From Chthonomonadales bacterium (GTDB taxonomy: Bacteria > Armatimonadota > Chthonomonadetes > Chthonomonadales > CAJBBX01), in assembly GCA_049967475.1 (NCBI GenBank), contig JBMFSQ010000006.1:50430-114429 (forward strand): a DNA stretch of 64,000 nt, written 5' to 3'. Both the position numbers and the translations under genes were made by a program. Below the pieces are notes generated by a model. That model saw only the letters and a program-made list of their open reading frames with translations. It did no database searches and had not been told where the DNA came from. Positions 56,203-64,000 of this stretch are shown piece by piece. The number at the start of each line of letters is the position of its first letter. Position 1 is the stretch's first letter.

Positions 56203-56956
56203 ACGTCTGCTGCGGCGAGCACTCTACCGGATGCTCCAAGGGACCCATGTGCTTCCAAGCGTATGGATGCTGGGCAATCCGTTCAAGATCTGGGAATACC
56301 AGGCGGTGATGGCGGGAGTGTCCCTAGAGCCCTACCATGAGGTCCTCGATCTAGGCTGCGGGCGAGGATTTCAGACACAAGTATTGGCCCGAAAATGCCG
56401 CCGTGTGGTGGGGCTGGATATAAGTCCGGCGCAGATCGCGGGCGCTCGCGAATTCTTGCGGGGAAGCCCTGTGGAGCGCCGGGTGGAATTCGTCTGCAGC
56501 CGCCTCGAAGACGCCGGCTTCCCTGATGCGCGCTTCGATCGCATCCTAAGCTTTTGTGTGTTGGAGCACATCCCGAACCTGAACGTGGTGCTGGCCGAAA
56601 TTGCCCGCATCCTCAAGCCGAGAGGCGAGTTGCACGTTTCGGTGGATGCCCTCGCTACCATCCGAGACCCGCTTCTCATCGAGAAGCACCGGGCCGAGCA
56701 CCACGTGGTGCAATACTTCACGCCCCATTCGCTGGAACAGCAGCTTCGAGGCGCAGGGCTGGACGTTATGGAAATCGCCCCTCTTTTGACGGGGGAATTT
56801 GCCCGCCGCCAGTTTGAGAAGCGCATCCTGGCCGGCCGCTACGGCTGCCCGATGCACAGGAAGGTGGGCTTTGTGCATAGGCTGGCCGTAGAGGATCAAA
56901 AGAGGTGCGAAGGGGACGGCATCATGTTGATTGGGCGTGCTCGCCGCCCAACATAA
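56192..56956 (+). CDS. Class I SAM-dependent methyltransferase
   Basis: VLDLGCGRG, GLDIS, FCVLEHI and RILKPRG. Confidence 0.9.
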   Translation: MRAKRLLRRALYRMLQGTHVLPSVWMLGNPFKIWEYQAVMAGVSLEPYHEVLDLGCGRGFQTQVLARKCRRVVGLDISPAQIAGAREFLRGSPVERRVEFVCSRLEDAGFPDARFDRILSFCVLEHIPNLNVVLAEIARILKPRGELHVSVDALATIRDPLLIEKHRAEHHVVQYFTPHSLEQQLRGAGLDVMEIAPLLTGEFARRQFEKRILAGRYGCPMHRKVGFVHRLAVEDQKRCEGDGIMLIGRARRPT

Positions 56957-56969
56957 GGAGCCGGGCGCC

Positions 56970-58214
56970 GTGAAGCCCAAACTGGTGGTGGTGTCCCACG
57001 TTCTGCCGTTCCCTAGAAATGCAGGGCAGAACCAGCGCGTTCACTATACACTCCTCGCCGCGCGGCAGGTATTCCACGTCACCTTCCTTACGGCGTCACC
57101 GGCGGACCAACAAGAGGCCGTACGGCAACGCCTCCTGGAACTCTGCGATGATGCCATCGTTCTGCCGTCGCGGTACCATACCGGCCCGTTCAGGCGCCTT
57201 TGGCACAGGACCGCGGGAAGCGGCTTCGCGATGCTTCGGGGCCTCAAGCTCTCCAATTACGTAGTAGGCGTTCTCGAGTTTGGGCCGCGGCGCATCGAAG
57301 CCGCCCTCGATGGGCATTCTTTCGACGTGGCGTTGTTCGAGTACTGGCACGCCTGCGATGCAACGAGCCCGTTCCGCAAACGGGGCATTCCCACCGTGCT
57401 GGACATGCACGACATCCTGTGGCGCTCCTATGACCGGCAATGGGCAGGGAGAAAGATCGCGCCTGCAGGGCTGAAGAAGCGCTTTGTGAGCTCCTACCGC
57501 GCCCAAGAGGAGAGCGCGTGGCGCCGCTTCGATGCCCTGGTTGCCATCAACCGCGAGGAGTTGGAATATGTTCGCGAGCGCGTCGGCGGAAACGCGCGGC
57601 TCTTCTTTGCTCCTATGGGCACCGATCTGGATCGGTGGCCTTACGGGCCTCGGCCTGCTTACCCGCTGCGCGTAGCGTACTATGGCGGGCTCGCCAGCGC
57701 CCGCAATAGGGAAGGGGCGCTCCAATGCGCCAACTCCATTATGCCGCTCATTTGGACGCGCCATCCCGAAGCAGAGTTTTGGATCGTTGGGAGCAATCCT
57801 CCGCCTTCGTTGAAGGCTCTGGAGGCGGATCCCCGCGTCAAGGTGACGGGCACGCTGGAAGACCCGGCGGAAGTCCTTCGGACCATGGCGTGCGTCTTGT
57901 GCCCGTGGGAAGGTGCGTTTGGGTTTCGGAGCAGGCTGATCGAGGTGATGTCCTTGGGTGTACCCGTGGTTGCTTCGCCTGATGCGGCCGCCGGAATGGA
58001 TCTGGAAGCCGGGCAAGGCATCGCCTATGGGGTCACGCCTCAAGATCTGGCGGCGGAAGCCCTCCGATTGATGGAGGATGCCTCCTTTCGTGAGGCCCAG
58101 GGCAGGGCGGCGCGTGCCCAGGTGGAGCGCAAGTACAGCCTCCAGAATACCTACGCTCGCCTGATGCTGGATTTGCAGGAATGGCTCGCGTCGCGGAAGG
58201 AAAGCAGAGCGTGA
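56970..58214 (+). CDS. Glycosyltransferase family 4-like
   Basis: PFPRNAG, FWIVGSNP and RLIEVMSLGVPVVAS. AAGGAG RBS. Confidence 0.85.
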   Translation: MKPKLVVVSHVLPFPRNAGQNQRVHYTLLAARQVFHVTFLTASPADQQEAVRQRLLELCDDAIVLPSRYHTGPFRRLWHRTAGSGFAMLRGLKLSNYVVGVLEFGPRRIEAALDGHSFDVALFEYWHACDATSPFRKRGIPTVLDMHDILWRSYDRQWAGRKIAPAGLKKRFVSSYRAQEESAWRRFDALVAINREELEYVRERVGGNARLFFAPMGTDLDRWPYGPRPAYPLRVAYYGGLASARNREGALQCANSIMPLIWTRHPEAEFWIVGSNPPPSLKALEADPRVKVTGTLEDPAEVLRTMACVLCPWEGAFGFRSRLIEVMSLGVPVVASPDAAAGMDLEAGQGIAYGVTPQDLAAEALRLMEDASFREAQGRAARAQVERKYSLQNTYARLMLDLQEWLASRKESRA

Positions 58215-59395
58215 AGCTTGTGGTCGTTTCCCACAAGGTATGTCGTCGGGACGCGGCATCGAGCACGGGCTACTGTACGGACGGAGGTTTTCCGCTCCAA
58301 ATGGAAGCCCTTTCCCAACTGTTCGACGCAACGACGCTGGTGGTTCCTTGTGAGGACCGGCCTGCGTGTCCTGGAGATAGTGCCCTAACCGGTAGGTGCA
58401 TGCGGGTGGTCCCTTTGAGAGTGCCGTATGGCAGAGGGCTGGCGCGCAAACTCCTGCTGCCCATGTGGGCCTTGCGCAATGCCCCTACGCTTTTGCGAGA
58501 GGTCCGTGCTGCCGACGCAGTGCACGCGGCAGTCCCGGGAGACGTGGGTACGGTGGGCTTTGTTTTGGCGCTGATTTTGCGGAAGCGGCTCTTTGTGCGG
58601 CATTGCGGGAACTGGTTGGTGCAGAAAACGGCAGCCGAGCGAATGTGGAGATGGGCGATGGAGCGCTGCGCCGGCGGCAGAAACGTAATGTTGGCCACCG
58701 GCGGAGGTAAGGAAAGCCCGTCTCCAAAGAACAGGCACGTGCAATGGATTTTCTCCACATCGCTCTGGCGGAAGCAAATGGAGGAGTGTGGGGTCGGTGA
58801 ACGCCAGCCGCCTCCCCCAGGATGCGCCGATCTGGTCATAGCGTGCCGTCAGGATGAGGAAAAGGGGACGGGTGTGGTGCTCCGTGCGATGGTGGAGATT
58901 CTGCGCCGGCGCCCTGCGGCCGTTCTGCATGTGGTGGGCGACGGTCCATCGCTGCAGCATTTTAGGAACTTGGCCGGGGAATTGGGTGTCCATGAACACG
59001 TTCGTTTCCATGGGCGGTTGAAGCAGCCGCAAGTGCTTTCCGTGCTTAAGGAGTGTGATCTCTTCTGCTTTCCCACCGCTGCATCCGAGGGTTTCCCTAA
59101 AGTAGTCCTGGAGGCTTTGGCATGCGGATTGCCGGTCATTGCAACGCCGGTGTCTGTGCTTCCCCATCTTCTCGAGGCAGGGTGCGGGGTAGTGCTCAAG
59201 GAGCGGAGCGCCTGTGCGGTGGCGGAAGCGGTATTGGGCCTTCTGGATGATGGGGATGCCTACCGGAACGCATGTGTCGCCGCTGCTGCCGTAGCACGCA
59301 GATATACTCTAGAGGCATGGCGCGACGCCATCGGCAGCCGTCTGCGGGCAGCTTGGGGGCCCCTTTCGGACGGGGATGGACCTTTCGACGCTTAA
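58211..59395 (+). CDS. Glycosyltransferase family 4
   Basis: EKG, VGDGP and EGFPKVVLEALACGLPVI (EX7E motif). Confidence 0.9.
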   Translation: MKLVVVSHKVCRRDAASSTGYCTDGGFPLQMEALSQLFDATTLVVPCEDRPACPGDSALTGRCMRVVPLRVPYGRGLARKLLLPMWALRNAPTLLREVRAADAVHAAVPGDVGTVGFVLALILRKRLFVRHCGNWLVQKTAAERMWRWAMERCAGGRNVMLATGGGKESPSPKNRHVQWIFSTSLWRKQMEECGVGERQPPPPGCADLVIACRQDEEKGTGVVLRAMVEILRRRPAAVLHVVGDGPSLQHFRNLAGELGVHEHVRFHGRLKQPQVLSVLKECDLFCFPTAASEGFPKVVLEALACGLPVIATPVSVLPHLLEAGCGVVLKERSACAVAEAVLGLLDDGDAYRNACVAAAAVARRYTLEAWRDAIGSRLRAAWGPLSDGDGPFDA

Positions 59396-60464
59396 AATCT
59401 GCTTCATCGCCGGTACGCTTGGCCGCGGTGGAGCGGAACGCCAACTCTACTACATCCTAAGATGCTTGGTGCAGCAGGGAGCCCGTCCCCATTTGTTCTC
59501 GCTTACGCGTGGAGAATTCTGGGAGGAGCACATCCGGGCGCTCGGCGTCCCGGTGGAATGGGTGGGGCGAAGGGCTTCCCGCCTTGCTCGTGCCGCCGCA
59601 ATCGCCCGCCACGCGGCAGCGCTGAAGCCCAATGTGATCCAGAGCCAGCATTTCCATACGAACCTCTACGCGACGGTGGCCGCCCGCATCAACGGCCTCA
59701 AGGAGATCGGCGCCCTGCGCAGCAATGCCCGGAGCGAGGTTCGAGCGAACGGACCCCTGTTTGGGGCCCTCAGCCTGCGGGGCCCGCGCCATCTGGCGGC
59801 GAATTCGCTGGAGGCAATCCGCAATGCCCAGGCACTCGGCGTGCCTTCCAACCGCCTCCATCTCCTGCCCAATGTGGTGGATGTTGACGAATTCTGCCCG
59901 CCGATGGAGCGCCCACCGCGGCCCTTCACCATCCTCGGGGTAGGAAGAATGGGGCCCGAGAAGCGCTTTGATCGCTTCGTAAAGGTCGTAGCGCGCGCCC
60001 GCTTGGAAACTTCCGGACGCGTGCGAGGCGTGCTCGTGGGCGCAGGACCCGAACAGATGCGCCTCGAAAGGCTGTGCCAGGAATACCACCTGACGCCCGA
60101 CGGACTTGTGTTCGCCGGTCCGGAAAACTGCATGGTTCGGCGCTACCATCAGGCCGACATCCTGTTGTTGACTTCAGATTATGAGGGGACACCCAACGTG
60201 GTTCTCGAGGCGATGGCCTGTGGAATGCCGGTGATCGCTGCGGGGGTGGGCGGTGTGCGTGACATCGTCCACGATGGCGACACAGGCGTGCTTTTGGATC
60301 CAGACGATGTGTCGGGCATGGTAGACTGGGTGGTGAGGCTGGCTGCGGATGAAGAGCTGTGCCGTGCGATGGGCAAGCGGGCGCGGGTCGCCGTGCTCCA
60401 ACACTATTCACCAAAGGCGATGCCGGGGCACCTGAGCAGACTATACGAGGCTGTTTTGGGATGA
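59376..60464 (+). CDS. Glycosyltransferase family 4
   Basis: GGAERQ and EGTPNVVLEAMACGMPVI (EX7E motif). Confidence 0.93.
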   Translation: MDLSTLKICFIAGTLGRGGAERQLYYILRCLVQQGARPHLFSLTRGEFWEEHIRALGVPVEWVGRRASRLARAAAIARHAAALKPNVIQSQHFHTNLYATVAARINGLKEIGALRSNARSEVRANGPLFGALSLRGPRHLAANSLEAIRNAQALGVPSNRLHLLPNVVDVDEFCPPMERPPRPFTILGVGRMGPEKRFDRFVKVVARARLETSGRVRGVLVGAGPEQMRLERLCQEYHLTPDGLVFAGPENCMVRRYHQADILLLTSDYEGTPNVVLEAMACGMPVIAAGVGGVRDIVHDGDTGVLLDPDDVSGMVDWVVRLAADEELCRAMGKRARVAVLQHYSPKAMPGHLSRLYEAVLG

Positions 60465-61954
60465 GCAAGAGTTATCCAAGCGTGGTTCTGGATTATGGCG
60501 CCCGCATCGAGGCGGCCAAGACGCGTGTGCGGCGGCACAGGATGCTGCCCTACATTACGCTCATCGCCATATCCTACTGGTATTGCCTGCCGGTAGTGAC
60601 ACAGAGCCTGTTCAGCTACAACGAGTTTCGGGCCTATGACTTTCTGCTGCTGGGGCTCATCGGCACTATGCTCTTCCGATACCGGGTGGGCCTGCAGAGC
60701 TTCCTCGCGAAGGACCGGCCGGGGCGTTGGCTCTTTCGCCTGGCTTCATGGGCTACGCTCTCCAGCCTCATGACGGTGATTACGGCGTTATGGATGGATA
60801 ACGTCAAGTGGATCGGCGTAACCGCCGTATTCCTGTTTCATTTATGGGGTTTCATCTTTGCGTACGCGGCATTCCGCATGTTCGTCCGATCCAGGAGCCA
60901 GGCTCTTCGGCTGTTGGACCTGTTCCTGGTGCTGGGAGGTCTCGAGGCGCTCCTCGTATGCCTCCAAGGAGTGGGCATCGTGGGCCGCCTTTGGGGCGAG
61001 CGCTACGACGTGTACGGTACCATGGCCTATTCGGGGACGCTGGGGCCCAACCGCACCCTCCCGGGGCATGCATTCATTCTGATCCTAGCCGTGGCCTTGG
61101 GCTACTGGCGCAACAGCGCCGCCGTGGGGCCCGTAAGGTTGGCTCTGGCAGCAGTGTCCGGCATACTGGCGGTACTGGGCATCGGTCTCGCGGGATCGAG
61201 AACAGCATGGGTGGTCGCCATCGTCTTCGGATTGGGGGTGCTCTTCGCAGGGCGTTTGCGCATCGGTGTATTGGTGTTCATTGCGGTAGTCGCCATGGGC
61301 ATTCTAGCCGTTACGCCCACGCGCATAGATGAAAGCATCTCGGAAATGTATGACTACCGCCTCACAGTAAAGCTCGAACGGGCTGAGGACGGCGACCTGA
61401 AGGAGCGTTTCACCAGTGTTGATGCCGGGCGCCTCAAATTGTGGACCCAAGGCATCGCGGCCCTCGGCGAACATGCCTATGTGATCCCTTTCGGATGCGG
61501 CTTCAATAACTACCGTTATGCGATGCACGCAGGGGTGTCGGCGCACAACGCGTACATTACCGTCACAGCGGAGCTTGGAGTGGTGGGCCTATTCCTTTAC
61601 ATCATGTGGCTTAAGGCTATCGTGGGGGAGACAGGCAGGCGCATCCGCCAGGCAACGCTGGCCGGTCAGAAGCATCGTCGCGTCTTTGTGCCGTCGGAGA
61701 TGCGGGCTTTGGTACTCGCCATGCTGGTGAGTTTGACTGCCGGCGAGATCCTCTATCCTTACCGGCCCACCTTCAGCTTTCTGGGCATGTTCCTTATGAT
61801 CTCGGCTTTGCTGAACCACAAGGTTCTGCGCGGCCCGGGCGAAGTTCCCGAAGACATTGCCGAGGCGTCCCCTACGGCGCCCAATTCCCATTCCATCTGG
61901 GCACGTAAAGCAACAACCACTCCCAGCCAACCTTCGCGGCGCCCCCAGGTTTGA
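60461..61954 (+). CDS. O-antigen ligase / Wzy-like multi-TM protein
   Basis: About 10-12 TM segments, GSRTAW, R..LW..G, FGCGFNN and AHNAYITVTAELGVVGL. Confidence 0.82.
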   Translation: MSKSYPSVVLDYGARIEAAKTRVRRHRMLPYITLIAISYWYCLPVVTQSLFSYNEFRAYDFLLLGLIGTMLFRYRVGLQSFLAKDRPGRWLFRLASWATLSSLMTVITALWMDNVKWIGVTAVFLFHLWGFIFAYAAFRMFVRSRSQALRLLDLFLVLGGLEALLVCLQGVGIVGRLWGERYDVYGTMAYSGTLGPNRTLPGHAFILILAVALGYWRNSAAVGPVRLALAAVSGILAVLGIGLAGSRTAWVVAIVFGLGVLFAGRLRIGVLVFIAVVAMGILAVTPTRIDESISEMYDYRLTVKLERAEDGDLKERFTSVDAGRLKLWTQGIAALGEHAYVIPFGCGFNNYRYAMHAGVSAHNAYITVTAELGVVGLFLYIMWLKAIVGETGRRIRQATLAGQKHRRVFVPSEMRALVLAMLVSLTAGEILYPYRPTFSFLGMFLMISALLNHKVLRGPGEVPEDIAEASPTAPNSHSIWARKATTTPSQPSRRPQV

Positions 61955-61996
61955 GTGGGACCGCAGCATTCGGGTAGCTCCTTTCCTGTCACAGCC

Positions 61997-63043
61997 ATGG
62001 CCATTGATACCATTCGCATGGTCCAAGAGGGCGGATGGCGCATCGCCCTCGTGATCCCGGCGTATCGCGTGGAGCGGCACATCGCCGACGTGTTGCGTTC
62101 GGTGCCCCCCTGGGTTCGCCACGTGATCGTGGTGGATGATGCGTCGCCGGACGGCACCCTGGGTGAGGTGCAGCGGGTTGCAGCGTCCGATGACCGCATT
62201 ACGATCTTGAGGCATGAAAGGAACCAGGGAGTGGGCGGCGCAATGGTTACCGGGCTTCAAAAGGCGCTGGAGCTGGGTGTCCATATCGCCGTGAAGGTAG
62301 ATGGCGACGGCCAGATGGATATGGAAGATCTGCCGAGGCTTCTCGCTCCGCTCATCACGGGCCGCGCCGATTACGCCAAGGGGAACCGCTTTCGCGACTT
62401 CAAGGCTCTTCGGAGGATGCCGCCCATCCGCAGAATGGGGAATATGGCTCTGAGCTTTTTGGCCAAGGCCGCCACCGGGTACTGGACGTGCTTCGACCCG
62501 ACGAACGGCTTCGTGGCGATCCGGTCGGAGGTATTGGCCCAGGTTCCATCGGAGAAGATCCACCGATCCTATTTCTTCGAGATCTCCATGCTGGCGCAGC
62601 TTTACCTGTTGGGCGCTGTAGTGAAGGACGTGCCCATGCCGGCGCGCTATGGTGCGGAAGTGTCCAGCCTTTCGATCCGGCGGGTTTTGTTTGAGTTTCC
62701 GCCACGGTTGGTTGCCGCGTTCGTGCGCCGCATCCTTCTGCGCCACTTCGTTTACGACTTCAACATGGCTTCCTTGTACTTGCTGATCGGCGTCCCCATG
62801 TGTCTGGTGGGCGCCCTCTTCGGAGGGTACGAATGGTGGAACTATGCCCATGCGGGGATCCGAGCGCCGACGGGCACGGTGATGATCCCGACATTGCTTG
62901 TAATCCTGGGTTTTCAGCTTCTGTTAAGCGCCGCCGCGTTCGACCTGCAGTCCGTTCCCTCGGACCCTCTCTGCGCCGGAATGATGCCTAGTGCTCAGGG
63001 CGCACAGGACGGAACCCTCCAACGACACGCTTCCTCCATTTGA
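61997..63043 (+). CDS. Glycosyltransferase family 2 (polyprenol-phosphate glycosyltransferase-like) with C-terminal TM helices
   Basis: VIPAY, VVDDASPD, NQGVGGA, DGDGQ, KGNRF and DPTNGF, plus two C-terminal TMs. Start position uncertain (61955-62018). Confidence 0.9.
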   Translation: MAIDTIRMVQEGGWRIALVIPAYRVERHIADVLRSVPPWVRHVIVVDDASPDGTLGEVQRVAASDDRITILRHERNQGVGGAMVTGLQKALELGVHIAVKVDGDGQMDMEDLPRLLAPLITGRADYAKGNRFRDFKALRRMPPIRRMGNMALSFLAKAATGYWTCFDPTNGFVAIRSEVLAQVPSEKIHRSYFFEISMLAQLYLLGAVVKDVPMPARYGAEVSSLSIRRVLFEFPPRLVAAFVRRILLRHFVYDFNMASLYLLIGVPMCLVGALFGGYEWWNYAHAGIRAPTGTVMIPTLLVILGFQLLLSAAAFDLQSVPSDPLCAGMMPSAQGAQDGTLQRHASSI

Positions 63044-64000
63044 TGAGACCAAACGCATTGCGGCTGGGCTGGCTATCGTTCCTAGGGTGCATGCTGGCTG
63101 CTGCGGCAGTACGCTTTTCCCCGGTGCACCGGGCGGCTGGTGCGGTTCCGGCGGATTATCGCGTGCTTTATCTTCCGCTGGCCCGCAACCTCGTAGCTGG
63201 GAAGGGATATGTGGATGCCGCCGGGGAGTTCGTTACCCGCGTCCCTCCCGGCTACCCGTTCTACGTGGCTGCATGCCTCTCCATTGGCCGCATCTTGGGC
63301 GTGTCCGGCGACATCATGGTGGCAGCGGCAGATGTGCTCTGCGCGGGATTAGTGGGCTGGCTGTTGTGGCTCCTAGGAGCACGTCTGTGGGATGGCCAGG
63401 CGGCAGCCATTGCGGCCGGTGCCTGGGCTTTGTACCCCGTGTCCCTGTGGCTCTATTCCGCGCCGAGCACTGAGGCGCCCTATATGGTGTTCCTGATGCT
63501 GGAGCTCATTCTGGTGTTGCGGGTGGTACAGCTCTCCAAGTCTTCGCCGTGGCTCGCCTTCGCATGTGGGGCGGTAGGAGGTGTCGGCGCCCTAATCCGG
63601 CCGTTCGCAATCGGGCTGCCGGTCTTGTTTGCCGTATGGACAGCCGTAATTCTTTGGCGCTCCGGCAGGTCCACTGCCATGGCGCTGGCAACCTTGATGT
63701 TGCTGGGTTACGCCGTGTCCGTGGCTCCCTGGGAGGCCTTTGCCTATGCACGCACGGGCCGCGTAATCCCGCTCAGTACGGCAGGGGCTCCTACGATGCG
63801 CGATGGCCTCACCTTTGCCGTAAACCCGAAGGCCTATCGGCGAGGTGTAAACGTGCCTCCCGGCATCCTGCAGGTGATGGCCGACATCCGCAGGGCTACG
63901 ACGGACAGGGACACGCCCGGCCACATTCTTGGCGTTGTCGCAAATGAATTCGGACGTCAGCCGCTGCGGGTAACAGGATTGATCCTTTTAAAAGTCGCTC
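63043..64000 (+). CDS. ArnT/GT39-like GT-C membrane glycosyltransferase (runs off the window)
   Basis: Not in the ORF track. Manual translation from ATG at 63043 gives MRPNALRLGW...DYRVLYLPLARNLVAGKGY...RVPPGYPFYVA...LYP...STEAPY...ALIRP...APW, open to the window end. Confidence 0.8.
   Translation, partial: MRPNALRLGWLSFLGCMLAAAAVRFSPVHRAAGAVPADYRVLYLPLARNLVAGKGYVDAAGEFVTRVPPGYPFYVAACLSIGRILGVSGDIMVAAADVLCAGLVGWLLWLLGARLWDGQAAAIAAGAWALYPVSLWLYSAPSTEAPYMVFLMLELILVLRVVQLSKSSPWLAFACGAVGGVGALIRPFAIGLPVLFAVWTAVILWRSGRSTAMALATLMLLGYAVSVAPWEAFAYARTGRVIPLSTAGAPTMRDGLTFAVNPKAYRRGVNVPPGILQVMADIRRATTDRDTPGHILGVVANEFGRQPLRVTGLILLKVA

Overview
GC-rich bacterial chromosomal window, densely coding (about 53 CDSs). 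I recognised no rRNA, tRNA, CRISPR array or mobile element. The left half (1-33.6 kb) holds housekeeping and carbohydrate genes: a Gfo/Idh/MocA oxidoreductase, tdk, an orphan GAF histidine kinase, ylxP-like DUF503, infB, guaB, an APH-fold sugar kinase followed by two tandem phosphohexomutases, an RRM protein, an adenosine-deaminase-like protein, an EAL-CBS-GGDEF protein, dgoD-like dehydratase, a KGG stress protein, gmhA/gmhB, pdxS, a secreted uncharacterised protein, GH38, YfhO, a rhamnulose-phosphate aldolase/SDR fusion, a class II aldolase, a TIM-barrel isomerase and UPF0182. The right half (34 kb to beyond the window end) is one co-oriented, largely overlapping surface-glycan locus of at least 30 kb. 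It contains wzm, neuB-neuC-neuA, an asnB-type amidotransferase, wzt, an N-acetyl-sugar amidotransferase with hisH/hisF paralogs, an eight-gene module (aldolase, AMP ligase, VOC protein, cyclase-family hydrolase, methyltransferase, ACP, DUF4910-like peptidase, AAC(3)-like acyltransferase), three uncharacterised GT-B-like proteins, three GT4s, an O-antigen-ligase/Wzy-like protein, a GT2 and a GT-C. The best candidate for an undescribed system is this ACP-dependent acyl-tailoring module attached to a nonulosonic-acid pathway, together with candidate new nonulosonate transferases. Secondary candidates are structured leader RNAs (glycan operon, infB, RRM gene) and the kinase plus double-mutase operon. 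All family assignments come from motif recognition by eye; no database search was run. The gene content (ylxP, pdxS, YfhO, UPF0182) looks Terrabacteria-like, for example Armatimonadota, but that is inference only.
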